Counted from the first letter of the stretch, positions 24,981 through 35,744 are shown. The stretch: 64,000 bases of DNA from Rubrobacter sp. (GCA_016781735.1 JADDPT010000016.1:6554-70553); one strand, 5' to 3'. A program made the numbers and translations. The notes: generated by a model from the letters alone, not told the origin.

Positions 24981-26684
24981 ATGACTGATTCCCGGATGCC
25001 TACCGCGCCGCGCTGGGTCGACAGGAGCGCTTCCCTCCCCGCGCACCTTCCCCTCAACGAGAGGCTGCTCCTCCTGCGGGACCTTCCGCCGGGGCACGAA
25101 CGCGATCTCTTCCTGCTCCGCGATGCCCACAGGCACGTGCGTGACCTGCTCGGTGACCCTCTAACTCTGCCGGACATGCCTGTGGCCGTCGACCGTGTAC
25201 TGCGCGCGGTTGGCCGAGGGGAGAAGATGCGCGTCTGTGGAGATTACGACGCCGACGGTGTCACGGCCACCGCCATCTTAGTCCGTGGTCTGCGTGGTCT
25301 CGGGGCGAACATCGACTACTCCATACCGTACCGTGTGGATGAGGGGTTCGGACTAAACGAGCGCGCCGTCCGCACAGCGGCGGACGACGGTTGCACGCTC
25401 ATCATCACCGTGGACAACGGGACGTCTGATGTACGTGAGGTCGAGCTCGCTCGTTCGCTGGGAGTTGACGTGATTATCTCGGATCACCATGCCCTCGGGC
25501 CTGAGCTGCCTGAAGCGGTTGCCGTCATCAACCCTCACCGCAACGTTGGGTCCTACCCGGACCGACATCTCTCCGGCGCTGGGCTTGCATACGCCTTCCT
25601 ACGGGCGGTTGTATACGCGGCGGGCGCTGCGCCGACGATTCGGGCTACGGAGTACCTTCAGCTCGCTGCGCTCGGTACGATCGCCGATGTGGCGCCGCTG
25701 CGAGGCGAGAACCGCTTGCTGGTTCGGGCAGGCCTTGTCGCGCTCAACCGCGCGCCCATTCCGGGTGTCGCCGCCCTGCTGAGGACTTCGGGTCTGACGG
25801 GCTACGCTGTCTCGGAGGCCGACATCAGCTACAAGCTGGCACCACGCATCAACGCCGCCGGCCGCATGCATCACGCAAGCATCGCTTGCGACCTTCTGCT
25901 CGAGACGGATCCGGCCAGGGCCGCAGCACCGGCCGACCAGTTGGAGACGATGAACGAGCAGCGCCGGGCGGAGACCGACCTCATGCTCGAGCACGCGTCC
26001 GCAGGTCTGATGAGCGACGCTCACAGAGCCGAAGGCGACGTGTTGACTGTGTACGGGGAGGACTGGTCTCCAGCGCTGCTAGGTATCCTGGCGGGCAGGC
26101 TCTCACGTCAGCACGGCGTGCCCGTGGTTGCGGCAACCAAAGATGACGCCGGAGTGCGAGCCTCAGCCCGGTCCCTGCCGGGCCTAGACATCACGAGCGC
26201 CCTCGACGGCTGCGCTGACCTGTTGACTCACTACGGCGGTCACGAGCAGGCCGCTGGTTTCTCGACTTCCCACGCAGCGCTCCCCGAGATCCATCGACAC
26301 CTTTCGGAGGTCTTTAAGGGCACCAGACGTGAGCAGATGCTCGAGGTGGACGCCGAACTCACTCCGGCTGACATATCTCCCAGCCTAGGTGACTTCCTGC
26401 TCCAGTTAGCCCCCTTCGGCAACGCTAACCCCGAACCACTCTTCGGCCTCCGAGGTGTGCTGCCGCTCGATGCCAGGTCCTTCGGACGTGACCGGAATCA
26501 CCTGTCCGTGCGGCTACCAGGCGCGCGCGGTGACGTCGAGGCCATCGCTTTCTACAAGTCGGATCTGAGGAACGAGATCTCGTCGGGTCAGCGCAGGGAC
26601 CTGGTAGTCCGGCCACTGCGCCAGAGGGACGGCACGTACCAACCCCTCAAGTTCCACATTGAGCATATCTTCCCTACGGAATGA
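24981..26684 (+). CDS. recJ: single-stranded-DNA-specific exonuclease RecJ
   Basis: DHH motifs (VCGDYDADGVTATAIL, DNGTS, ISDHH) and DHHA1 (GGHEQAAGF). Confidence 0.9.
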   Translation: MTDSRMPTAPRWVDRSASLPAHLPLNERLLLLRDLPPGHERDLFLLRDAHRHVRDLLGDPLTLPDMPVAVDRVLRAVGRGEKMRVCGDYDADGVTATAILVRGLRGLGANIDYSIPYRVDEGFGLNERAVRTAADDGCTLIITVDNGTSDVREVELARSLGVDVIISDHHALGPELPEAVAVINPHRNVGSYPDRHLSGAGLAYAFLRAVVYAAGAAPTIRATEYLQLAALGTIADVAPLRGENRLLVRAGLVALNRAPIPGVAALLRTSGLTGYAVSEADISYKLAPRINAAGRMHHASIACDLLLETDPARAAAPADQLETMNEQRRAETDLMLEHASAGLMSDAHRAEGDVLTVYGEDWSPALLGILAGRLSRQHGVPVVAATKDDAGVRASARSLPGLDITSALDGCADLLTHYGGHEQAAGFSTSHAALPEIHRHLSEVFKGTRREQMLEVDAELTPADISPSLGDFLLQLAPFGNANPEPLFGLRGVLPLDARSFGRDRNHLSVRLPGARGDVEAIAFYKSDLRNEISSGQRRDLVVRPLRQRDGTYQPLKFHIEHIFPTE

Positions 26685-26980
26685 CCTCCGGTGCTCGATC
26701 GTTATTTACGCCTCTCGCTACCGATAGGAGTGCAATACGTCGCGTCAGTCCGTCATGCCTCGGCACCGCCAGTCGAAGTGGACTTTGATGGTGTTCGGTC
26801 GTCTCCGTGGGGCCGAAAACCCAGGGCACCGGTACCATGTGCGCGCTCAGCGACCGAAGAATGACCAGACGGCGGTGCAACAGTGCGAGCAGCACCGCCT
26901 CTGATCTAGGCGCGCAAGTCCCGTTGGGTTAAGGGCCCAATATGACTTGATTCCCCGCACGCAACCGGAAGGCGCTTGTA

Positions 26981-29182
26981 CTACGTTGAGGTACTTAGAG
27001 CCGAATCGTACGCCGTCTGCAGGTCCGCGAGTGGCACCTGAAGCACAGTGCCGAGTCGCAGTGACTCGCCGCGAGTGATTCCTATTGACTCGCAGAGTAC
27101 TCCTAGTGACTCGCATGCGGCCTCCAGCTTGGTCCTAGCCTCCGAGCTCACCGAAACAACCACCCTGCCATGAGCCTCGCCGAACAGCTGCTCAGGAGCA
27201 TCACTGCCTCCCCAATCCGGCGCATCGAGCCCGATGCCGCCGCGGATGCAGCACTCCGCCAGGGCAACGGCAAGTCCACCCTCTGACAGGTCGTGCGCGG
27301 AAAGTATGGTGCCGTCTCCAATACACTTACCCAGGAGGTTATGAACAGACGATTCCGCCACGGGATCAGCGCTCAGCGGCCTGCCGCACTCCTGCCCAGC
27401 CACCACACGCAGCCACTCGCTTGCGCCGAGCACCGGTTCTTGCCCCGTAGTCAGCAGGTATACCGCCGCTCCCTCTGGCCAGTCGATGCCCACGGCGGTC
27501 TCCACCTGAGGAAGGCTGCCCACCATGCCAACCACAGGAGTCGGGTGCACCGCCTCGCTCCCGCTCTCGTTGTACAAGCTCACGTTGCCGCTCACGACCG
27601 GTATATCGAGCGCCCGGCAGGCGTCCGCCATGCCGCGCACGCACTCCGACAGGTGCCAGTACACCTCCGGCTTCTCCGGGTTGCCGAAGTTGAGGCAGTT
27701 CGTCATACCTAGGGGCGTTGCCCCTACGCACGCCAGGTTCCGCGCCGCCTCCACGACCGCGCCAACGCCGCCCGCGTATGGGTCGAGGTAACAGTGCAGG
27801 CTGTTGCAGTCCATGGTGGCTGCCAGCCCCTCGCCGGTCTGCCTGACGCGCATCACCGCGGCATCGCCGTGCTGCGGCCCGAGCACGGTACTTGTTCCGA
27901 TCGTGTGGTCATACTGACTCCAAACCCACCGCTTGCTGCCGATGTTCGGCGATGAGAGCAGCGTCAGGAGCGCCCCGGTTGGGTCGTGGTCCACACCCGC
28001 GACAACCGCTGATACGTCGGCATCCCGTCGCTCTTTGAGCTCGACGGACGGGCTACCGGCCCGAGTGTATCGAGGCACGTCCTCGGTGAGCAGTCCGATG
28101 GGAAGGTCGCACACCACGTCATCGCCGTCCTTGACGCGCAGGGTCCCATCGCCCGTAACTTGCCCTATCACGTCCGAGTGCAGGTCCCACTTCTCGAAGA
28201 TGGACCGCACCGACTCCACGCCGTCCGGCTCGACTACAAGGAGCATCCGCTCCTGGCTTTCCGACAACATCACATCGTACGGCGTCATTCCGCGCTCCCG
28301 CCGGGAGACTCTCGAAACGTCGATCTCAACACCGCTGCCCGTGCGACCCGCACACTCGACCGACGAACTAGTCAGCCCTGCTGCGCCAAGGTCCTGCATC
28401 CCGACGACGTGGGGAGAGCCGACAAGCTCCAGGCATGCCTCCATCAGCAACTTCTCCATGAAGGGGTTGCCTACCTGGATGACGCCCTTGTGGCTTTCCT
28501 GCGGATCGTCCACGGAGGCGAACGTCGCGCCGTGAATCCCGTCCCTCCCCGTGTCCGCTCCAACGAGGAGCAGAACGTTTCCAGGCTGCCCTGCAAGCCC
28601 GCGCACGAGCCCGTCAGCAGGCGCGATACCAACGCACATCGCGTTCACGAGTGGATTGCCGTTGTACGAGGGGGAGAAGCCGATCTCTCCGCCGACCGTC
28701 GGTATTCCGAGGCTGTTACCGTAGTCCCCAATGCCTCGCACCACTCCGCCCAGCAACCTTCGGTTCTCACGCTCCTCGAGCGGACCAAATCGGAGGGAGT
28801 TGAGAAGCGCGATCGGTCGCGCACCCATGGTGAAGATGTCGCGCACGATCCCGCCAACCCCTGTGGCCGCGCCCTGGTAGGGTTCAATGGCGCTGGGGTG
28901 GTTGTGCGACTCGACCTTGAATACCGCCGCTAACACCCCACCGAGTCGCACGGCGCCCGCATTCTCACCGGGTCCCTGGACTACTCCCGGCCCTTCTGTC
29001 GGAAATAATCCGAGCAGGGGCCTGCTGTTCTTGTAGCCGCAGTGCTCGCTCCACATCGCGCCGAGGATACCAAGCTCGAGCCTGTTCGGCTCCCTTCCAA
29101 GCAGCCCTACGGCGAGCCGGTACTCCTCCTCGCTGAGGGCCACCTCGCGCAAAGCCTCTCCCGACACCGAGTACACCGTCAT
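26981..29182 (-). CDS. purL: phosphoribosylformylglycinamidine synthase subunit PurL
   Basis: 733 aa with the characteristic SEHCGYK, ESHNHPS and GTFA-type AIR-synthase-related repeats. Confidence 0.95.
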   Translation of the reverse strand: MTVYSVSGEALREVALSEEEYRLAVGLLGREPNRLELGILGAMWSEHCGYKNSRPLLGLFPTEGPGVVQGPGENAGAVRLGGVLAAVFKVESHNHPSAIEPYQGAATGVGGIVRDIFTMGARPIALLNSLRFGPLEERENRRLLGGVVRGIGDYGNSLGIPTVGGEIGFSPSYNGNPLVNAMCVGIAPADGLVRGLAGQPGNVLLLVGADTGRDGIHGATFASVDDPQESHKGVIQVGNPFMEKLLMEACLELVGSPHVVGMQDLGAAGLTSSSVECAGRTGSGVEIDVSRVSRRERGMTPYDVMLSESQERMLLVVEPDGVESVRSIFEKWDLHSDVIGQVTGDGTLRVKDGDDVVCDLPIGLLTEDVPRYTRAGSPSVELKERRDADVSAVVAGVDHDPTGALLTLLSSPNIGSKRWVWSQYDHTIGTSTVLGPQHGDAAVMRVRQTGEGLAATMDCNSLHCYLDPYAGGVGAVVEAARNLACVGATPLGMTNCLNFGNPEKPEVYWHLSECVRGMADACRALDIPVVSGNVSLYNESGSEAVHPTPVVGMVGSLPQVETAVGIDWPEGAAVYLLTTGQEPVLGASEWLRVVAGQECGRPLSADPVAESSVHNLLGKCIGDGTILSAHDLSEGGLAVALAECCIRGGIGLDAPDWGGSDAPEQLFGEAHGRVVVSVSSEARTKLEAACESLGVLCESIGITRGESLRLGTVLQVPLADLQTAYDSALSTST

Positions 29183-29880
29183 CGCCCCACCCCCGCGAGC
29201 GCGGAAACAACCGAGGAGAAAAGGGCACGTCCGTCGGCTGAACCCAACAGCGGGTCCGTCGATCGCTCGGGATGCGGCATCATCCCCAGTACGTTGCCTG
29301 ACTCGTTCGTCACCGCCGCGATATTTCGTTCCGAACCGTTGTGGTTGCTCTTCGGGGTCAGATTCCCGTCCGCGTCACAGTACTCCAGCGCAACCTGACG
29401 CCGCTCTTGCAGGGTTTGCAGCGTGTCCCCGTCCGCGTAGTACTTTCCCTGCCCGTGTGCGACCGCAAGCCTGAGCACACTTCCCTCGGGTATCCCCGCA
29501 AGCCAGGGTGAGCGCGTAGAGCTCACTCGCACGTGTGCCCAGGCGCAGTGGAACAGGATCTCGCGGTTGCGTAGGAGTGCCCCCGGCAGGAGGTGAGCCT
29601 CAGTGAGTACCTGAAAGCCGTTGCAGATCCCTAGCACAGGACCACCTGAGGCGGCAAACCGCTCCACCTCGCGCATCACCGGTGAGAAGCGGGCGATGGC
29701 TCCCGCCCGCAGGTAGTCACCGTGAGCGAAGCCCCCCGGTAGTACGAGTGCGTCTGCGCCCTCCAGGTCTACGCTCTTGTGCCACAACAGGACGGGCTCG
29801 CAGCCCGGCGTCTCCCGAAGCACCTCCATGCAGTCGGTGTCCCCGTTTGAGCCCGGAAACGTTACTACCCCGATCTTCAC
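29179..29880 (-). CDS. purQ: phosphoribosylformylglycinamidine synthase subunit PurQ (glutaminase)
   Basis: VKIGVVTFPGSNGDTDC and the catalytic GICNGFQ motif. The GTG start at 29880 overlaps the purS stop (GTGA). The upstream part of the track ORF was rejected. Confidence 0.9.
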   Translation of the reverse strand: MKIGVVTFPGSNGDTDCMEVLRETPGCEPVLLWHKSVDLEGADALVLPGGFAHGDYLRAGAIARFSPVMREVERFAASGGPVLGICNGFQVLTEAHLLPGALLRNREILFHCAWAHVRVSSTRSPWLAGIPEGSVLRLAVAHGQGKYYADGDTLQTLQERRQVALEYCDADGNLTPKSNHNGSERNIAAVTNESGNVLGMMPHPERSTDPLLGSADGRALFSSVVSALAGVGR

Positions 29881-30137
29881 TCGTCCGACTCCTCCACCCG
29901 TACCTCGTAGCTCTCGATCAGCGTGTTCGCGAGGAGCCGCTCGCACATGACGTTGAGCTGCTCGTTCGCCTGCTCCTGGCTCTCGGCCTGCAAGCGCACG
30001 TCCAGGTGCTTGCCGACGCGTACCTGCCGCACCTCCTCAAAGTCGAGGGAGTGCAGGCCGTCCAGTACTGCTATACCCTGGGGATCGTTCACCGCCGGCT
30101 TCGGAACGACCGTTATCTTGCCGAGCCACTCCCTCAA
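29877..30137 (-). CDS. purS: phosphoribosylformylglycinamidine synthase subunit PurS
   Basis: 86 aa with KPAVNDPQG...LDGL and an operon position between purC and purQ. Confidence 0.85.
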   Translation of the reverse strand: MREWLGKITVVPKPAVNDPQGIAVLDGLHSLDFEEVRQVRVGKHLDVRLQAESQEQANEQLNVMCERLLANTLIESYEVRVEESDE

Positions 30138-31024
30138 ACTTCCAATTCCTTTCCCGTGATGAGCCGGTACGCCTCCAGGTATCGCTCCCTCGTCCCCCGT
30201 ACCACGTCCGGCGGCAGATCCGGTGGCGTGGAGTTGCGATCCCAGGAGCTCGAGAGTAGCCAGTCGCGGACGTACTGCTTATCCAAACTCGGTTGGGGCC
30301 TGCCCGGTTGCCACTCACTCGCGAGCCAGAAGCGCGAGCTGTCTGGGGTCAGCACTTCGTCAATCAGCGTCAGCTCATCCCCGACGTATCCGAACTCGAA
30401 CTTCGTGTCCGCCAGCATGATACCCGCAGCCTCCGCGTGCTGGCCACCCACCTCGTATAGCTCCAAGCTAAGGTCGCGCAGCCGGCCAGACTCTTCCTTT
30501 CCGACCTCCTCACACATAGTGTGGAACGAGATGTTCTCGTCGTGGCTGCGCTCATTCTTCCGAGCGGGTGTAAACCGGGGCTTGGGTAGTTTGTCCCCTT
30601 CTCGCAATCCGGTCGGCAGCCTCTCACCGGCCAGCGTGCCGCTCTGCGAGTATTCCTGCCAGCCGGAGCCCGCCAGGTAACCCCGCACGACGCACTCGTA
30701 GTCCACGCGGCGCGCCTTCTTCACCAGCATCGCGCGGCGCTCTATCCTTTCCCACTCCGGTACGAGTTCCGGGGGCCAGCCATTGGAGCCGTCCGAGATG
30801 AGGTGGTTCGGCACGATCTTCCCCAGCAACCGGAACCAGTATGACGACAGGGCGGTTAGCACCTTCCCTTTATCGGGAATCAGGGTGGGCAGCACCCAGT
30901 CGAAGGCGCTCACTCTGTCCGACGCCACTAGCAGGAGTCGGTCGCCCAGGTCGTACGTCTCGCGGACCTTGCCGCGATGTAGGAGAGGGTATGGTCCAAT
31001 TGCAGAAACCGGTGACTCGGTCAC
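30134..31024 (-). CDS. purC: phosphoribosylaminoimidazole-succinocarboxamide synthase
   Basis: HRGKVRETYDLGD and LADTKFEFG motifs. Confidence 0.92.
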   Translation of the reverse strand: MTESPVSAIGPYPLLHRGKVRETYDLGDRLLLVASDRVSAFDWVLPTLIPDKGKVLTALSSYWFRLLGKIVPNHLISDGSNGWPPELVPEWERIERRAMLVKKARRVDYECVVRGYLAGSGWQEYSQSGTLAGERLPTGLREGDKLPKPRFTPARKNERSHDENISFHTMCEEVGKEESGRLRDLSLELYEVGGQHAEAAGIMLADTKFEFGYVGDELTLIDEVLTPDSSRFWLASEWQPGRPQPSLDKQYVRDWLLSSSWDRNSTPPDLPPDVVRGTRERYLEAYRLITGKELEV

Positions 31025-32340
31025 GCGCCGTCGAGCCCCAGCCGCTCGTAGCCCACGGCAACATGTCGGAGGTGCGGCTCAAGGCTAAACGCCTCCGCAA
31101 GCCCATCCTCTCCCAGCTTCTCCCGGACACGCTCGTCACGCTCCAGCAGCGCCCGGAATGAGTCGCCCGTCTCCCAGCTCTGCATGGCATGCCCCTGCAC
31201 CAACTTGTACGCTTCCTGCCGATCCAGTCCGGCGTCTACGAGCGCCAGCAGCACTCTCTGGGAGTAGACCAGTCCCTTGGTCAGCTCAAGGTTCTCGCGC
31301 ATCCGGTCCGGGTAGACTCGCAGGTCCGCGAGGTTGTCGCACATCAGCACCAGCATGTAGTACAGCAGGCTGGTCGCCCCGGGGAGGGTGACTCGTTCCG
31401 TGCTGGAGTGGCTGATGTCACGCTCATGCCACAGCGCCACGTTCTCCAGCCCCGTCGTCGCGTATCCCCGCAGCAGCCGGGCGAGACCGGCGACGCGCTC
31501 CATCTTCTCAGGGTTGCGCTTGTGTGGCATCGCGGAGGAGCCCTGCTGCTTCGCGCCGAAAGGCTGCTCGGCTTCCCGCACCTCGGTCCGCTGCAGGTGC
31601 CGCACCTCCGTCGCGTACTTCTCAAGGCACGCGCCAATGAGCGCCAGCACTCCCAGCAGGTGCGCGTGGAGGTCCCGTCCCAGCACCTGGGTGGCTACGG
31701 CAGCGGGACGGAGCCCCAGCCGTGCCAGCGCCCTCTCCTCCACACCCGGCGGCACGTTCGCGTGCGTCCCTACTGCGCCCGAGAGCTTGCCGACGCTGAG
31801 CTCATCCTGGACTGCTTCCAACCTCCGCAGGTTCCGCCGCGTCTCGTCCACCCACACCAGCAGCTTATACCCGAACGTCGTCGGCTCGGCGTGTACGCCG
31901 TGCGTGCGGCCAATGGTGGGGGTGTCCCGGTACTTCTGAGCGAGCCCAATCAGGGTCTCCTCAAGGCGCCGTAGTTCCTCGCATAGCAGCCCGCACGCCT
32001 CTACGAGTGTCAGTGAGAGCGCGGTGTCCACCACGTCGGAGCTAGTCAGTCCGAGGTGGATCCAGCGACGTTCCGGCCCCACGGTCTCCCCGGCCGCACG
32101 GACGAACGATATGAGGTCGTGATCGGTCTCCCGCTCAATCTCCGCCACCCGCTGGGCGCTGACTGTGGCGCCGCGCAGCTTCTGCATATCGTCGGGCGGG
32201 ATGACACCTTCCTCCGTCCACGCCTCGCACACAGCAAGCTCGACGCGCAGCCACTGCTCGTACTTTGACGAATCGGACCAGAGCGCGCCTATGCTCGGAA
32301 GCGTGTACCGGTCTATCAAGAAGCGCCTCCCACGGCTCAA
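31021..32340 (-). CDS. purB: adenylosuccinate lyase
   Basis: Fumarate-lyase signature GSSAMPHKRNP and N-terminus IDRYTLPSIGALWS. Start is either TTG 32340 or TTG 32319. Confidence 0.92.
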   Translation of the reverse strand: MSRGRRFLIDRYTLPSIGALWSDSSKYEQWLRVELAVCEAWTEEGVIPPDDMQKLRGATVSAQRVAEIERETDHDLISFVRAAGETVGPERRWIHLGLTSSDVVDTALSLTLVEACGLLCEELRRLEETLIGLAQKYRDTPTIGRTHGVHAEPTTFGYKLLVWVDETRRNLRRLEAVQDELSVGKLSGAVGTHANVPPGVEERALARLGLRPAAVATQVLGRDLHAHLLGVLALIGACLEKYATEVRHLQRTEVREAEQPFGAKQQGSSAMPHKRNPEKMERVAGLARLLRGYATTGLENVALWHERDISHSSTERVTLPGATSLLYYMLVLMCDNLADLRVYPDRMRENLELTKGLVYSQRVLLALVDAGLDRQEAYKLVQGHAMQSWETGDSFRALLERDERVREKLGEDGLAEAFSLEPHLRHVAVGYERLGLDGA

Positions 32341-32429
32341 CTTAGCCTTGCATCGGACGCTCGGACAGCGCCCGCCACGCCGATTATATCCCCTAACCGG
32401 GATAGACGCAGCCCATCCGCCCCGCTACC

Positions 32430-33218
32430 ATGGCGTGCGTGCAATCAATTCCGCCCCTTATCGACACTCACTGCCACATTTCCAGCCAAGCCTTCGGCGA
32501 CGACCAGGCGGCGGCACTGACCCGTGCGAGCGAGGCGGGTGTCGAGCTAGTGATTGACGTTGGCACCGAGCCGGAGGACTGGGACCGCAGCTTGGAGCTA
32601 GCCCGCGCCAATTCGGCGGTGCGCTGCGTCCTCGGCCTCCACCCTAACAGCGCCGCCCGCTGGAGCGACTGGGTAGACGACAGCCTCCGCCACTTGCTCA
32701 AACGGCCGGAGGTGGTCGGGGTGGGCGAGACCGGCCTGGACTATTACCGTCTTGGCGCATCCGCGGAGCAGCAGCGGGCAGTGTTCGTCAAGCACCTGAC
32801 GCTCGCACGAGAACTCCACCTGCCGGCGGTAATCCACGCTCGCGACGCGTACGACGACATCCTCGACGTGCTTGCAAGCGAAGGCTCGGGCACAGTCGGC
32901 GTCATGCACTCCTTTATGGGGAGCGCCGAGCAGGTGCGCCGGGCGGTTGCGCTCGGCTACTTCGTCTCGATCTCCGGGCCGGTAACATACAAGAACGCTC
33001 ACACTGTGCGCGAGGCCGCGGCGGCCGTGCCGCTCCACCGCCTGCTGATAGAGACTGACAGTCCTTACCTGCCGCCGCATCCGCACCGCGGGAAGCGGAA
33101 CGAGCCGGCCTACGTCTCCCTTACCGCCGGTGCCCTGGCAAGCGTGAAGGGCTTGCCAGTGGAGGAGCTAGCTCAAGCTACGACCGAAAACGCTCGTCGG
33201 CTGTTCGGTATCGCGTAG
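32430..33218 (+). CDS. tatD: TatD family metal-dependent hydrolase
   Basis: LIDTHCHI, GETGLDY and ETDSPYL motifs. Confidence 0.9.
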   Translation: MACVQSIPPLIDTHCHISSQAFGDDQAAALTRASEAGVELVIDVGTEPEDWDRSLELARANSAVRCVLGLHPNSAARWSDWVDDSLRHLLKRPEVVGVGETGLDYYRLGASAEQQRAVFVKHLTLARELHLPAVIHARDAYDDILDVLASEGSGTVGVMHSFMGSAEQVRRAVALGYFVSISGPVTYKNAHTVREAAAAVPLHRLLIETDSPYLPPHPHRGKRNEPAYVSLTAGALASVKGLPVEELAQATTENARRLFGIA

Positions 33219-33276
33219 AAACACGGCTGGCGTCACCGCCACCCAGCGGCCGGCGCCGACCACCATTTTTCCCCCG

Positions 33277-35739
33277 CTATCCCACCACGAGGTTGAGCAG
33301 CTTGTCGGGCACCCAGACAGCCTTGCGTACTTGGACGCCGTCCAGGTAGGGACGGACCTTGGCGCTCTCCCGCGCCAACGCCGTGACGTCCTCCTCGCTC
33401 GTGCCCGCAGGAAGCGTCAGCCGCTCGCGCACCCTGCCGTTCACCTGCACCACTACGGTTGCCATCGCCTCTGCCAGCATGGCCTCGTCAGCCACGGGCC
33501 ACGCCTGCAAGTGAACGCTATACTCGCGCCCCAGGCGATGCCATAACTCCTCTGCCGAATAAGGCGCGATCGGAGCGAGCATAAGCACGAGGTGCTCCAG
33601 TGCGCTTTGCAACTGAGCCTGTGTCATCTGCGCTCGCGCCGAGCTGATCCAGTTGCTCATCTCCATCAACGCGGCGATGGATGTGTGGTAGCGAAGCGCG
33701 TCCAGCTCGCTCGTGACACGCGTAATGGTGCGGTGAAGCGTCCGCATGTCAGCCCCTGGGCCGCTCCCGTACTCCTCACGAGTGTCGACCTGGGAGTACA
33801 CACGCCCGAGGAAGCGCGCTACGCCCTGCACGGCGCTCACGCTGAACTCGTTGTCGTCCTCGTACGGCCCCATGAAGAGCAAATACGTTCGGAAGGCGTC
33901 GGCGCCGTACTGCTGCCTGAACTCGTCGGGGTTGACCACGTTTCCACGCGACTTGCTCATCTTCGCGCCGTCCTTCGTCACCATCCCGTGCAGGCGCAAC
34001 CGCGTGAACGGCTCCTCGAACGCCAGGTGTCCGAGGTCGTGCAGCACCTTCGTGACGAAGCGCGAGTACAGGTGGTGCAGGACGATGTGCTCCTTGCCGC
34101 CCATGTACGAGTCCACAGGCAACCAGTTCCGTGTCCGCTCGGCGTCAAACGGTCGGTCGTCGTACTCGGTTGAAGGGTAGCGCAGGTAGTACCAGGACGA
34201 GTCCAGGAACGTGTCCGACACGTCCGTCTCACGCACGGCCGGCCCGCCGCATACCGGACACTCCGTCTTGTAGAACGACTCGACGCTTGCCAGGGGCGAC
34301 TTACCGGTCCCCGTGGGCCGGAAGTTCTCTACCTCAGGCAGCAGCACGGGCAGCTGCTCCTCCGGCACCGGAACCTCCCCGTGCTCCGGGCAGTACACGA
34401 TCGGTATCGGAGGACCCCAGTACCGCTGACGACTGATCAGCCAGTCCCGCAGCCGGTACGTCACCTTCTGCTCGCCCTTGCCCTCGGCTTGAAGCTTCTC
34501 GGTGATTGCGCGCTTCGCCTCCTCGCTCGGCATGCCATCGAACTGTCCGCTGGTGACCATCGTCCCGGCGCCCGTGTACGCCTCGTCACGTATGTCAACA
34601 GCAAACTCCGCTGGTGGCTCTATGACCTGAGTGATCGGCAGGCCGAACTTGCGTGCAAACTCATGGTCACGCTCGTCGTGCCCGGGGACCGCCATGATCG
34701 CGCCCGTCCCGTACGTTAGCAGTACGTAGTCTGCTATCCAGATAGGCACGCGCTCCCCCGTCGCTGGGTTGACGGCGTAGCCGCCGGTGAACGCCCCGGT
34801 CTTCTCCTTGTCAAGGGACAGGCGCTCGATCTCCTTCTTTAGGCTGGTGACCTTGCGGTACTCCTCGACCTGCACGGACTGACTTGCAACCGTCACTTTC
34901 TCGACCAGTGGGTGCTCCGGCGCCAGGACGACGTACGTCGCCCCGTATACGGTGTCGGGCCGCGTCGTGAATACGCTGATACGGTCGCTGCCGTCAGCCA
35001 GGTCGAAGGTCAACTGAGAGCCCTCGCTCTTCCCGATCCAGTTGCGCTGAAGCCGCTTCGACATCTCAGGCCAGTCGAGGCCGTCGAGGCCAGACAGCAG
35101 GTGTTCCGCGTACTCAGTGATCCGGAAGAACCACTGTGTCATCTCGCGCTGGACGACCTCCGAGTCGCAGCGCTCACACCTGCCATCGATCACCTGCTCG
35201 TTCGCCAGCACTGTCAGGTCCTTGGGACACCAGTTGACGGGCGCGCTCTTCCGCACCGCCAGACCGGCCTTATACATCTGCAGGAAGAGCCACTGCGTCC
35301 AGCGATAGTAGTCCGGCTGACTCGTGTTGACTGCGTGCGACCAGTCCCACATGCAGCCCAACCGGCCCATCTGCTCGTTGCGGTAGCGTGTGACAGTGCG
35401 CTGTGTCAGGGTCATGGGGTTGATCCCCACCTTCAGAGCGTAGTTCTCCGAGTGGATCCCGAACGCGTCGAAGCCCATCGGCTGGAACACGTTATACCCT
35501 TGCATCCGCTTGTACCGCCCGTTCGTGTCGGCACCGCTGTAAGTGTAGGCGTGACCGACGTGAAGCCCCTCGGCGCTCGGGTACGGGAACTCCATCAGGT
35601 TGTAGTACTTGCGATCTACTGCCGACAGGTCGGTTCGGTAGAGGCCTGATTCCTCCCAACGCGCGATCCACCGCCGCTCTATCTCGTGCGGGTCGTACCG
35701 CGCGTCCGCCCGACTCGCCTCGCCAACCTGCTGTGCCAT
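33277..35739 (-). CDS. leuS: leucine--tRNA ligase
   Basis: Class I motifs (HVGH within PSAEGLHVGHAYTY, and KMSKS). ATG 35739 is preceded by AGGAGG. The upstream part of the track ORF (35740-35895) is the T-box leader. Confidence 0.95.
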   Translation of the reverse strand: MAQQVGEASRADARYDPHEIERRWIARWEESGLYRTDLSAVDRKYYNLMEFPYPSAEGLHVGHAYTYSGADTNGRYKRMQGYNVFQPMGFDAFGIHSENYALKVGINPMTLTQRTVTRYRNEQMGRLGCMWDWSHAVNTSQPDYYRWTQWLFLQMYKAGLAVRKSAPVNWCPKDLTVLANEQVIDGRCERCDSEVVQREMTQWFFRITEYAEHLLSGLDGLDWPEMSKRLQRNWIGKSEGSQLTFDLADGSDRISVFTTRPDTVYGATYVVLAPEHPLVEKVTVASQSVQVEEYRKVTSLKKEIERLSLDKEKTGAFTGGYAVNPATGERVPIWIADYVLLTYGTGAIMAVPGHDERDHEFARKFGLPITQVIEPPAEFAVDIRDEAYTGAGTMVTSGQFDGMPSEEAKRAITEKLQAEGKGEQKVTYRLRDWLISRQRYWGPPIPIVYCPEHGEVPVPEEQLPVLLPEVENFRPTGTGKSPLASVESFYKTECPVCGGPAVRETDVSDTFLDSSWYYLRYPSTEYDDRPFDAERTRNWLPVDSYMGGKEHIVLHHLYSRFVTKVLHDLGHLAFEEPFTRLRLHGMVTKDGAKMSKSRGNVVNPDEFRQQYGADAFRTYLLFMGPYEDDNEFSVSAVQGVARFLGRVYSQVDTREEYGSGPGADMRTLHRTITRVTSELDALRYHTSIAALMEMSNWISSARAQMTQAQLQSALEHLVLMLAPIAPYSAEELWHRLGREYSVHLQAWPVADEAMLAEAMATVVVQVNGRVRERLTLPAGTSEEDVTALARESAKVRPYLDGVQVRKAVWVPDKLLNLVVG

Positions 35740-35744
35740 CGTAC

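Noticed and set aside
26685-26980. SRP RNA, tmRNA, RNase P RNA or 6S RNA in the recJ-purL spacer
   Set aside because: None of the diagnostic motifs I know is present on either strand. These include the SRP GGAAG/AGCAG helix-8 motif and the tmRNA tRNA-like end with GGTTCGA...CCA. The region is kept only as a low-interest unexplained gap.
29682-30680. 332-aa plus-strand ORF
   Set aside because: It is antisense to purQ, purS and purC, whose identities are unambiguous.
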